A stretch of DNA of 64,000 bases, taken from assembly GCA_051362555.1 (NCBI GenBank), contig CM120642.1:14818001-14882000 (forward strand), read 5' to 3'. Position numbers and translations under genes: made by a program. The DNA comes from Lingula anatina (lineage: Eukaryota > Animalia > Brachiopoda). The notes beneath the pieces were generated by a model, which worked only from the letters and a program-made list of their open reading frames with translations, was not told the origin of the DNA and made no database searches. This document shows positions 35,001 to 47,613 of the stretch, one piece after another (position 1 is the first letter of the stretch; the number at the start of each line of letters is the position of its first letter).

Positions 35001-38000
35001 GGGACTGCTAGTGGGGCCAGAAGGAATAACCCACATCCACCAGAGGTGAGTGATGCTACCAGGATCCAGTGATGTTGGCCTTTTGTGTTAATTTCTTAAT
35101 TGTTAGTTTCCCGCCCATTTATCTATTTATTTATTTATTGTCTGCTGCGAAAATAGCTTAATAAGCTATTATTAATAAACGTAAAAATTAGCATGATAGG
35201 ACGTTAATCAGGGGCGGATCCAGGATTATTTGAAGGGGGGTGTCCGCAGATGCGAAGCCGACCCCTCCCTCCCCCCAGTTGAATTGGTTTCTGAACTTTT
35301 GTAGTTATACTGTCATGACTGAACAGAGTCTTTTAGTAAGTTTTCTGAGTTTGTTAAAGGAGAGATAGGTCTTGAATTTTGTCCATGGATAGGCCGAGTG
35401 TGAACCCGTGGGGCGCACCTAATGATCGTGGCCTATGTTTAACAGCACAACTGTCGCAATCTGAATTATGTACATCCCATAGTTTTCGTTGAGTCTCTGA
35501 TTACGCTATGTTTTGAAAGATGTGATTATTATATCATCAATGTTCCCTGTCGAATGAATTTAAATCCATTTCCTGGTTATAAATCTGATGCCGTCTTTAT
35601 AGTCATCATTAACGCACAATGCTCTCACGTAGCTGCGATGGCCGAGTGGTTAAGGCGTTGGACTTGAAATCCAATGGGATTTTCCCTCGCAGGTTCGAAT
35701 CCTGCTCGCAGCGTAACATTTTTCTTTTCTTTTTTTTTTTTTGCTTTGACTCCGTAATTTAAGTAAAGTTTTCGAAGAATTTTAGGTATTCCATAAAATT
35801 TAATAAAAAGAAATAGAAATAAAAAATAATTTTAATTCATACTTGCTGTAAGTACAATAGGAGGCAATCCACACAGCGTGTCCTATGGCGACGAAAGGCA
35901 AATATTCAAATAGTCACCAACATGCAAGGGGTGCAAGGGTTCCATAAGTTAAATTTGATAATGTGTTAATAGTTTAATTGAATTTTATTAAATTCTTAAT
36001 GTTGATTCATCTATTATTTATTTCAAAAGACCACTTAATAAGCTTTACAATGTTTGATTTCAAAATATTTCTTTTCATGCTCAATTGGCTATATTGTATA
36101 CATTTTAAGTTAATGCTAAATTAAACATGGAGAAAAGAAAAGAAAGAAACGTCAGGCATCGATCAAAGAGATTTTATGTTAACAAGTAGAAGTGAAAAGT
36201 AAGCACTTGACACTGTTTAAAATACTCTTAATAAAAAAGGTAACTTTCACTGACGGCGACAATATGGCATGCTGCACAACAATAGCTCAGGCATTTGAAT
36301 AGGTATTCAGCATAGAGCAAATAAAAGAAAAATCGAAACCTCACACTGTTGCATTATTGATAAATATTTCATGTGTACCTCGGTGGTCTTTGTTTCAGTC
36401 TTTTATGGTGTGGAAGTTTCCTAAGAGATCCATAACGGAGGGGGACTACAGTGAGTGGGCCACGCCACTCAGCGACACCATCATGGAGCAGGTCATGAGG
36501 AATAAATTCAGGTCCACGTACCAGGAGGATTTTCTCGGGATTCCACAAGGTAAAAAAGACATTTTTTTATTGAAATGATAATGCACTTTTTACTATTATC
36601 TGGAATGGCCTATGCAGCCGCGCAGTTACAGTGCATTTGCGTATCATTTGCGTTGCTAGGCACTTGCAGCCCAGGGACTAGTTTCAAAGCGTATAGTCCA
36701 TACTAAACAATACGAGCAAAACAATTTACAGCAACTTAATAATAAAAAGAAACCTAATGGATTATTATTTATTATTATTTATTTATTTTTTTTTTTACTT
36801 ATTTGTCCTTTTCTTTGGCAATAGGCTTCCAAATGAAGAACGCGTTTGACGTGTCTAAGGACTGGAAATCTCAAGTTCCCTTCACCTTGGACTCCAGCAC
36901 TCGGTATTCCTACCAGCAGCCCAACCAGCAGCCGGAGTTACAGGGGAACACCAGCAGATATGGTTGCAATAGGAACAAGCTTGTGCCAGCCAGCGGAGCC
37001 GGTGAGTTATACAGCGGGATAATACACATAGGTTTTACTTTAAATTGCAAGCATGACTGCATAATGTGCAACCATTTCCCCAATTTGCTATATGAATATA
37101 CAAAGAAAGAATGATAAAAAATAAAAAATAAAAGCGGATTTCATAAGGAATGTTAAAACTGATTTAGTCTACTCCTTCAGATTATTGTAACATTTTTTTC
37201 ATCTCTTAGTTGTACAACCCACCACGATAATATTTTATTTTGTTTTTTGATTTGTAGTTCCAACATGCTCAGAGCGCATGATGCACCTGAAAACGAGAAC
37301 CACGTACGATCGTGAATACAATGAAAAAGCTCAGCCTCGTCCTCTGCGAGATCTCAACAAATCTCTTGGTGCTAACGCCATTCAGGGCTACATGGCAACT
37401 CACAGGCTTGGCAGCAAAGGTAAAAACACAAGTCGTTTGTTTCTAAATTAATGCAGCATGCACAGTGTCTAACTAAGTATAATCTGCATTTGTATTCATA
37501 CTAACATTAGTATTGCCGTAAGCTTCGTTAAGCAAAACTTGTTGCCTTTTAATGTTTTCTCCAACTAACATCGTACCTTATCTGCTTTGTAAAGCTTCCA
37601 AAGGAAAATCAAAATAAACGGAATGCAAACAATGCATACTATGGTAAGACTGCAAAACAGTTGCCCGTGCTCAGAATGTCTGGAGATTCAATTGCCGTGT
37701 ATTTTCTTTCTCTCTTATTTTTTTTTTATCTCATCGTGATAGTATTTGGTTCTATTTTTATTCATTGCACTGGGCGAGCAACCAAGTGATTGTGCTGAGT
37801 AACAGGCCCATTTGTTCTGCTGTTTTGTTTATTTTTTCCCTGTTGTTTGTGTTTGCCTTTTTAATCTTTCACCACGAAAAGTAAAAAAAAAAATGCAAAC
37901 AATTAATTATTTCAGGACGCAAAAAGTTGACAAAACATAAATATATAGTCAATATTGTTATAATGCTTTTTACCTTCTTTATCTCCTTCATTTTTTGAAG

Positions 38001-38264
38001 ATGTGAATGTGGCGATGTGCTTACACTACTAAATTGTCTTATTTTTAATAAAAGTTAAGGCCTAGGCGTAGAATACGTAATGATTTTTACTTTTTTTTCT
38101 CTCTTACAGAAAGGGAAATTCTCTCCGGTATGGTAGCAGACCTTCAGAATCTGCCACGCCCTCCTTCCAATGCGTCGTCAAGGAAATCACGTGTTCCCAT
38201 GGATACCATGGACATGTATGCCACAGGGCCAACCTGGGTGTCAACATGGGTGGGGCCCACGTAG
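32006..38264 (+). CDS. TEX26: Testis-expressed protein 26-like (ciliary/flagellar microtubule-associated), ~396 aa, 8 exons
   Basis: Exons 32006-32113, 33509-33689, 34508-34601, 34883-35045, 36399-36549, 36825-37001, 37258-37419, 38110-38264 (1191 nt, in frame). Repeated T-T-Y-x-x-E/D-Y/F motifs (TTYEREY, TTYDEEF, STYQEDF, TTYDREY). Segments TYELGGPIGATTYDEEF, NNPHP..SFMVW and PELQGNTSRYGC resemble vertebrate TEX26 as recalled. Confidence 0.8.
32968..33110. mobile_element. Small MITE-like element with internal palindrome in TEX26 intron 1
   Basis: Imperfect inverted termini GACCTGTCTATC (32968) and GGTAGACAGGCC (ending 33110) enclose a 39-bp near-perfect palindrome AGCTGTTACCGTAAATATTAATATTTTACGGTAACAGCT (32984-33022). 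Confidence 0.55.
35632..35713 (+). tRNA. tRNA-Ser (anticodon UGA), 82 nt, within TEX26 intron 4
   Basis: Acceptor stem GCTGCGA/TCGCAGC plus discriminator G; A-box TGGCCGAGTGG; anticodon arm TTGGA-CTTGAAA-TCCAA; long variable arm GGGATTTTCCC; B-box GGTTCGAATCC; followed by a Pol III T-run terminator at ~35719. Confidence 0.96.
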
Positions 38265-39340
38265 GGATCAGAGATAGCTTTAGACTTATAAAATATATAT
38301 GAAAATATCCACTGTCACTGCAGTTGACAGGTTGTGCTACTTCAACGATTATAATATGATCAACGCTAGATCTCATGTTTTAAAACAATTGATATGTATA
38401 TCATTGTTGGGTCATGTGTTCAATGAAAGTAACTGGGGAATGCTTTACAGGAGGTTTTGTCTCTCAACTTAAAGAATCTGTTTTTACTACTGAATAGACT
38501 GTGATCGAAACGTGTGTTATGCAGACTGCAAGTTCAAGAAACTCGATGACAAAAATCAAAACTAGTCTACTCGACGCTAAGCTTCGAATTTGCTCAATTA
38601 TTGAATGATATATTCTTGTTCGTGAACTGTCAGTCATATCTAGTGTGTGCAAAATCTGCGTGAAAGGCTTTTGTTATTATTATTATCAATATTATCTCTA
38701 CTTGTTTGCATTGTCTCTAAGATGTGGCACGTATTTGTCACGACTCAGTATTTGGTTGCTCAATAAATTTATGAAACAATGTTGTTTTTCGTGAGGAATG
38801 CGACAGGTGCGACATAGTGTGCTCTGCGCTAGCTGAAGCATTTCAGTTGTCGTCAGAAAAATAAGATCATTTCAAAAGCGATGTTGATGAATGATGGCCT
38901 TACCTTTCAAATTCTAGTGAAAAAATAGCCTTTTTCATTTTCATTTGATTTGCTTTATCTTTTAGAAGAAGAACTGCGCGATTTTGAAACAATATTACTA
39001 TGGAAACTTCTGTGCTAAAGTAACCCAACCGTATTCTCCAAAAACAAAACTTGACTCGAAATAAAACTGTTCATAGTTAGAAAACACGTTTCCTGTGGGA
39101 ATTAATATTCTGAATGTTTTACAACTGCAATGGTGTCCAAAGAGGAAAAAATCGTTAAAAATCGGCTAATTATATCTTTACGGGGCGCAATCGTATGAGT
39201 CTCTGTCCCACTTACTGTATCTTTTTCAAATTCATTCATATGTGAAGGTGAGGTTGAGAAAGGCTGAGCACGAATTAAACGTATCTTCTCCAGCACAACG
39301 TACTCAACGCAAAGCTGGTTGCCCGCCGCAACGAGAGAAC

Positions 39341-40754
39341 TGACGTCACGTCCGTAACCCGATCCAAAGAGCTAGTAGTAAAGGGGGATATCAAGGCGTA
39401 GATTATTTGGGACTGAGGAAGGAAAAGTACGAAACTGATCTCAAAAGGTGAAAAAAAAACACATTCGTACTTTTAGATTGAGCGAGACAGAAAAGTTATT
39501 GTATGCGACTAATAGAGACTGCCATGGCAAGAAAACGTTGACGTAATGCAAAAGTAACGCGTGCTTGACCGAGCCTCCTCCCGGTGTTCATAATCTATAA
39601 ACTGACACGAGAGCCGAGCCGTGTCATTTTATCCCAGTTATACCGGGGCAATCAAGGAAAACGCGCCTTATTATCCATAGGACGCCTGTGACGTTCCGGA
39701 TCAGAAATTACATTAATAAATCAAACAAAATAATAATTTTCGAACATTTCAACTTACTCGGTATAACAATAATTAAACCAACTGATATCAAAATTTACTT
39801 CAAACAATTCCAGCGACTGCAAAAACATTAAAATTCGGCGCCGTTGTCCGTTGTTTATTCTTCCGTAGACTGAAGTCGGAAGCTGGAATTGAGTAAAGCT
39901 CTCCCCGGCAAGTAATGACAGACATGCTGCACATCTGGAGGTGGCAGGACGCACTCGCCCTCCTCAGCCTTATATGTAGGCTGCTATGACGTGGGAAGCC
40001 CGAAACGCACTCCTAGGGATGTCTTAGTGTCGGGGTTACAAAACATGTAAACAATTCTATTGGGTATCCTGAGACACGGTCGAAGAGTTCAATTAATTGC
40101 TTGGCTAAAACGAGTCTTTTACTTGGAATTTCTAGGAATTCCGGAATGGCTCAGGACGCAGTGCGATAGCGTGGAAGTACCTCTGCAGCATATTAAACGA
40201 AGGGATGCAAGTATATATTATCAGAAATCTACTAGGCACAGCGCACCGCTGAGATTGGAAACCACAAATCCGGGATCTACAGGCGACTGATTTTTCATTC
40301 CTATATGCATTATCAACACTGACACCACGAGTCATAGGGCAATTGGAAAATATTGGTAAGGAACGCCTGGTTCGATAATAAACGCTCTGGTTCTTAGGGC
40401 ATTCAGCGGCAGGTTATACCAAGTCTGAGGAATAGCACGCACTGTGCAGAAAACCCGGGCAGAAGAATCATTTGGGTCTTTGAATTTCCTTGAAAATCGA
40501 GGGTAGGGCGGCAATATTTCCTAGAAACTGATATTGGCTCTGGACATAGCTTTTCCCGATGACAAGCTCGAATCGGGTCTGGAAACGCTTCCTTGCACAA
40601 ATTCCTGGGAAGCCTTTACTGTTCCGTTTGTAGCTGACGAATTATGCGAACGCCAGAGGGACCGCCAAGGAATGCAGTATCACTGGTATAGACTCTTCGT
40701 GCTAGAGCTAAATGGGATTTGAGAAGAAAATACCATCGGTGGAAGAGAGTAAGT
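39341..40754 (+). promoter_or_regulatory. Candidate distal promoter and first exon, possibly of the ARHGAP6-like gene
   Basis: GC/CpG-richer island with a perfect CRE TGACGTCA (39341-39348), further TGACGT half-sites (39539, 39688, 39987), TATAAA near 39596, and a strong donor GA|GTAAGT at 40748/40749. Confidence 0.35.
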
Positions 40755-43700
40755 GAGTTTTACTATCAAGTTCATTGTAGTCTTATAATAATTATTATTG
40801 GCCGAATATTGGCCGTGATAAGAGCGTAGGTTTCTGTGTTGTGTACAATGCATGCTGTATGGGGCTGTCTGTATCAGCTTTCAAAACAAGAACCGGTTTT
40901 TAAGCAGTGCTCGTATGAAATGGTTATAGTTGAAGATTGACTTTATTACGTAATCTCAGAAATAGTTTCATCAAGATAGTAATTAATAACAACATACTCA
41001 ATGATCATTCATTATAACCTAAAATCACCCTTTCAATAGTTTATCTAATAATCATATGAAGCGGTTGGCCCATTGGCGCATGTACTAGTACTAGTAAGTA
41101 AATGTGGCTATATTGGTGTAGCAGTCATGTAGTTAAGTGCAAGACAGCTCAATACTTAATGACACGGCATAACCTGACGACAGCAGACAGTGACAGGCAT
41201 AAGATAAAACATGCTCCAACGTACGACACAACCACAGAGAAAGAACCACATTGCTGTGTTGAAGACCCGGTCATATTCATAATCATGCTGCAGCCAGGAA
41301 TAATGATGTAGCCAGAAATGTGCATTCCACGATAAGAGAGGAAAACGAACATCAGAAGATGCTCGAGCAAAGGTGATTACTGCTATTCTGGTATCAAAGG
41401 ATTGCATAGTATCACATCATGAACATCTTATCAACCTGGGCAGAGCAAGCATGAGAGAGCGTTCTGGGAATTGGTGCGACGATGAGGTATGCAGGCAGCA
41501 AGAGGAGGTCACCCCGTTAATTTGTTTGAACGAATTAGCAATAGAATAAGGCGAAATTTCGCTCAAAATAATAAGGACGAGTAAAAGGAAAGAAACCATG
41601 AGGTTTACATCAAGTGGGAGGTCAGACGTCCATTTCTGCAGCAGGAGATTAGCTGCAGAATCAGTCAAACATGCCGGCGAAGATGTTGAGAATTCTGGCT
41701 CATTAACCACAACCATACATGTACATGAAACCCATTATTTTGTGAGCCATGCAAACATTTTAAAGATATAAAGACTTAATTAAATGCTTGGTTTTAAAGC
41801 CTTGCAGTAGGCTGGTGTATGACATAGGCCTACCAACTGCAGGAGGCTGACTGGAAGGGTGGGTGGGTGTGGCGGAGTGAGGGGGGATGACATACAACAC
41901 TTCTGTATGCTGAGACTGTTTTTATCTTTTATTATAAATTCTTTTTGTGGCCCATTTCATTAACAATCTCATAGCGCCTTATAGAAGATATTTAATTATT
42001 TAGAATAATAACGATAAATGAAAAAATGACTCTGACAACAACATAAAAAAACACACACACACAAACAAGAATCATTTCTAGTTTTTTTTCAATTTCTTAA
42101 ATTTGTAAATATCTGACTAAATATCTGTTTTCAGTAAGTTCTCAAAGGAATCAGCGCATATTAACTCAGCTCCAAGTTTGAGATAAATATGTAAAAATCA
42201 CAGAATCAAAATTTAACAGCCACACTGGCACGCTCGACCTAGACCTTGACAGCGCAGTCAGCTGTACATATTGCCGAGTATCATACTAATATAATAAATT
42301 TATTTTAAGTCTAAAATCCATTTAAACTCGAACTACTGAGTCTTATCCTTAGATTCAGGTGTAAAAACGATAGACATGCGATCAACGTAATTTGACGTAT
42401 ACATTGTTGACAACCCTAATTACATACCATGCGTATCAAATTGAGAAAATGCATGAAATACCACTGTGGCTTATTTCATCACTTTCTGAGAAATCCCGTC
42501 ACGGTTTATTCTTTGATTGAACTGCCTGACACATAGGCATAAATGGCACATCTTGCGCGCATTAATGTTGAATGAACAACAAATGTATTAATTGCTTCTG
42601 TTGCTTTTTTTAAGTCTTATTTCTGGAAAATGACATCAAGCTACCGTCACACGGTTTTGAATTGATTACCCAGTTAAACTGATCAACACCTAAACAACAC
42701 GAAAAGACGCTGCTTGCACGCACTTTTTTCGAGCGTATGCCAGCAGCTACTGATTTACAGTGATTATACCCTTGTTTTACCAGTGGTGATTAAACAGCAA
42801 ACGCGAATTCCTAGAATAATTTTCAGAAACTTTCCTGGAAGTGAAGATATCCCCGATTATCCCAGTCCGTCTTATCACTGGAACAATGCTCTAACGGCTC
42901 GACACCTTGGCAGCTATAATACATCAAACCTGTGCTGCAGAGTCTTGTTTAAAGGGGCTCAGGAGGCATCTCTTATTAGAAACGCGTTCCAGGTTATGAT
43001 GCCCGCAGGCTGGCTAGGGATACCTGTAAAGTAGGCCTAGATCTTATTCAATCACATCATTATGTATGATAAAGTCTTCTGACGGATGACTTTAAAAATT
43101 GATTAAATTCATTTGTGGTTGTACATTTTAAAAGCCGCCCTCCTCCCCTCCCCCTCCCCCTCCCCCCCCCAAAAAAAAAAAAATAAATAAATAAAAAATA
43201 ACATTTCTGCTCATATCCCACAAATTGCCAATATCCCAGGTAATTGAGATCCACCGTCAACATTTTGTTTACTAGGAAATATGATAGCAATTTTTCTGCA
43301 AATGTTTGGGCATTTCTCTTCTTCAAAGGTAGGATCTTATTGTGGCTTTACTGTTCTACCTGCACCCTGAATTTCACATACCCATTCACCCAATGCACCC
43401 TTTCCGTCACAAGCCAATACTGGTCATAAAGGGGGAGTATTTTCAAAAAACTTTTAACTTCAAGGCAGCTAATAAATGCATCCAAGGCCTCTGAAGGAGA
43501 AATACATCTTTGATATTTGAATTATTAATCTACATCTATCACAGTCTGCGGCCGCCATTAAAGAAGCTCAGTCTTGAAATGATTTCATAGTTCGGTTGGG
43601 ACGTTTTTGATCTCTGACGCCTCACACGTCCAAGCTGCTTTGAGATCCACAAGTTATTTTCTAGCTGTCAGGATCACTTAAATGGCAAGCGGCCTCACTC

Positions 43701-44912
43701 CTAATTTAATATTCCCATTTTCTTACTATTTCTTCATCTTGTCGAGATCGACATACACACGACTATGGAGGCATAAAACGTCGTTCGTGCCCAGTGGAAT
43801 AATTCCTTCATTCTGGTTCTCAAAACTGATGAATGAATGAATGAAAAAAGTCAGTTTGCAGGGAAAAAAATCGATATACAACAAATGTAAATTGAGAAAA
43901 AGTCTCAAAATAACTATCAGAAGCACATAATCTGCGTGGCTCAGACAAGATATCAAGACTACGTATGGCCTTCTGACTCCTAGAATGAATACCGTTCATT
44001 CTACAAGGCACGCGTGCCTCCTGTGCTATGTGCTATATCAAGAAATAGATTATCTCACAAGTGAGAGAAATTTACTGACAGCTCTAACCTATTTTTTCGG
44101 AGATCCGTGGTAATTAAAATAGACTCGGGTGTTATATATATATATGCAACCACGCGTGGGAATTACTAAAAATCAACCAATGAGCAAAAATAGTCGCGCG
44201 TTTCACATTCTTAGTAGAACACGTAGGTCTACTAGCTTTGTACACACCCACCAAAATGTCCCTGCCCATCAAGTATGATAAATATGACCTTGAACCTTTT
44301 CATCTCTTATAGACAGGAGTCTACCACTTACCTTCCTATGTATGCTACTGTAAATATATCAAAATTATTGAATATTTAATGCACTACAGACAGTGATAAA
44401 TAATAAATGAATTTCGCGCGCCAATTTATCATCGTCCGCCAGTATTGAGACAGCTGCATTCGATGCCCCTTTTAACAACAATCAGACATATGATAGTTTT
44501 CAGGCCAATCTGAATGATCACGATAAATGCTTTCAAGATGCGGTTTTTCATAAAAACAGAGTGTCTGCATCCTTAAATGTATTATTACAATAATTTTGGA
44601 ATGACAGTCCAGAAAAAAAAGTCGGACAATAAACAAAATGACAATTGTTGGGGGAAGTGTGGACTATGTAGGAATTTTTAAAAATAAAAGACGATTCGAA
44701 TTTCTCTTGTCAGCCCGTGAAAAGGTCGGCCCAGTTGTAGCATTGAAGTCAATGTAGTACAGGGCGTGATGAACACGTCGTCTGTATATGAAATATAGTA
44801 GGACAGGTGTCACACTGCTATATTTCGACGGCGAGGAAACCGAAATATGTATGTAAGGGAAACTATCTTTATCTTTGATAGAATCCATGTATTACGTTAT
44901 TATCATTCCTTA

Positions 44913-45135
44913 TACCCCCTTTACACTGGACGGCGTCCTTTCTGCGTCCTTTCTGCGACCATGAAATTTGGCATCCCTGTGGTCTTAGTAAGGAGGCACG
45001 AGCATTAATTTTGTATCAGAATTTATGCTCAATGATCGGCCAGTTTTTGGCACGTTAAGTATTATAATTTTTTAACTCTCAAATGGGGCCGTACTGCTGG
45101 ACGCAGAAAGGACGCCGTCCAGTGTAAAGGGGCCC
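44913..45135. mobile_element. PIF/Harbinger (Tourist-like) MITE
   Basis: 34-bp perfect inverted repeats CCCCTTTACACTGGACGGCGTCCTTTCTGCGTCC (44916-44949) and GGACGCAGAAAGGACGCCGTCCAGTGTAAAGGGG (45099-45132). The right end is GGGGCCC, and TTA flanks both sides (44910-44912, 45136-45138), a 3-bp TWA TSD. Confidence 0.82.
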
Positions 45136-47613
45136 TTACTGAAAACTTGCCTGAAAGTCAGGTTAACCAAAGAATGACAAGTAGGAAACTATCGTCTGAC
45201 TTGTAGGAACCAAAGAAATGATATCGCTTAAGCTTTAAGTGAATTAAGGCACACATTATTCAATAGGCATCATCTGAGATTACCCAAAGTTTCGCGACTT
45301 TACGTAAAATTAAGCAAGATTTCGTGGAATTTAGAGGCAATGGGGGTCAGAAGTAATGGCAGACTAGCAATTGCGGTGCAGCAACGAATAAAAAGTGACA
45401 GAATTTTTCCACGGATATTTTTCTTGTCGCTCTGTTAAAAGTTTTGTCGAATAACAGTCTATTGCAAAATAATATGCACTCAGCATATTTTGTCACTTAA
45501 GTGTTATTTTTCTTATTGCTTTCTAAAACTACATCCCCCCGCGCACGAAGTTTCACCAAAGTTTCACCATTACAGACAAAAAGTTAACCCATCTTCTACG
45601 CGGATTTTTACGTTTTCTGGCCTTGACGTCATCTCAGATAATTCCCATTCATATTACCGAATTTTCATTCAATGACAACTTAACTTGCAGTTATTTGTTA
45701 ATGGTTTTAAAAGAACTCTGAATCGTGCGTTTTCCACCTGTTGTCCAGCTCCCGTTCGCTCGCCCCAATTTTCCCACATATTCCTTCCAGCTACGAAAAC
45801 AATCCCAGGCTAGCATGTGGTATAGAAAACATCGAACCAGGAACGCGGCACGAATTACGTGGACAGGCAAATATAAGCAACGCAGCAAAACAACGCAGAG
45901 ATCACCCCATTCCACCTGTTGCAGGGCTGATGCCGTGAATAGATGCTAATTTGATTCACCCAACTGAAAAACAAAAAGTCAGAGAAGGGTTATACTTGGC
46001 CGCACCACTAACATATATGCTGTATTAAAACAAATCAAGTCAAATCAAGAAAGTTATTTTCTGACCCAGTGGATGGCTTGACCAAGTGGCGTTCAACAAG
46101 CACAATATCAAAATCTCAGCCTGAGCTGATACAGAGAATAACGCTATAAAATCAGGCTGTCCACGCGCTAAGTACTGCGTTAGGCTCAATATTTCGTATG
46201 AAAATCAAAACAGACAAAAATGATTAAAAACAAATTCGGTGTAGATGTTAATCTTAACTATGCATTACATACGAAAATTAACACAAAAATAATGAAAAAT
46301 AACAATAATAAAAATACAAAGAGGCTAACTCTCTCTCTCTCTCTCTCTCATATGATTGACCTTGATTCACTTATGGATGTTGTTAACCAATGGGCCTGTA
46401 AAAAAAAGGGGGGGGGGTAAGGGGGTGGAGTAAAAAAAACTCCCCACAGTAATCCATTGTTAAGAACCTATCTGGACCCAGTAAACTCTGTGGCCGCAAA
46501 AGCAGGTCTCTCCTATTCTTTTCGGTACGCTTTATATATGTGATAGGAAATGAAAAGTATCTTATGTAAAAAGCCACTATAACGAAATCTAACACTCAAA
46601 GTTAAAGTATCTGTTAATCCCGGAAGCCCCCCGTGTGCTGCCGTAGGCGAATGGACATTTTAATTTATTTTGTTGTGAACAAATTCTAAATTCTGACCCA
46701 AGATGAAATATAAGTGATTTCTACTGGATTATAGGTGTGTACTCTGAAAATGGCAGCGATGAAAACCCAGCTGTGTAAAGCTATGGAGAGGAAGATATAA
46801 ATGTCCAGCTATTGTTACACGAGTTTTGAGGGGTTTAGAAATTCATCATCCATTGGATAGACTGGAAAACGTATTTGCTTAAATCGTTTGTTCACCATGA
46901 ACCTCTCCGACCGCCGTGTTTGTCTGGACACAAAAGCCATGCCGTTTAAAGAATAGAATTATGCTGATGAAAAATAGAATAACAATACAAACACATACAC
47001 GGGGTACCGATTACAGCTTATATGGACGGGCAATTAATATCAATACGGCGATATTAGTAAACTCGAGCATACGGCCTTAACTCCTTTGATCCAGAACTGT
47101 ATGAAGAGATCGATCTAACTTCGATTTTCACCGTACTGAAAGACCTGCATAATTGAATGCTGAAAGATTTTATCATACGAAACCCGCTTTATAAAATTTT
47201 GAAGTCAGATGGAAAATGCGGTGAATAGTCACGTGAAAGGTTCCATTTCCTGAGTCCCGATACAATCAAAGAAACGACATGGCACTGCCTCGGATAATAC
47301 ACGCTACACAATTAACAGCCGAAACTAAAAGGACTACTTAAAATACCTGGGATACCTGCGGCACATTATTATTCATAAAGTGAGGAATGTATATTATAAG
47401 CAAATAATCAGAGACTGAAGTCGATCTGTAACGGCTGTCGGTTGGAGTTTTTAGTTTATGACAAGCATGAAAGTTTATATGTATTTCCCTACCCGCACGA
47501 ACGCTAGACCCGCACCGTCGCACATAGTTCTCTGCATTCTATTCAATTAATCGCATGTGATATCTGATGCCTAGTAATAACACGGGAGAGCTGGGGAAGA
47601 TGGTGATCGTGCG

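Noticed and set aside
35632-35713. Selenocysteine or opal-suppressor tRNA because TGA is in the anticodon loop
   Set aside because: Anticodon UGA reads UCA (Ser). tRNA-Sec has anticodon UCA and a longer acceptor stem and overall length.
40644-40748. Readthrough-type coding first exon (MRTPEG...V*TLRARAKWDLRRKYHRWKR) in phase with exon 60606
   Set aside because: In-frame TAG at 40689 and no independent support. It is more simply a UTR or a differently spliced exon.
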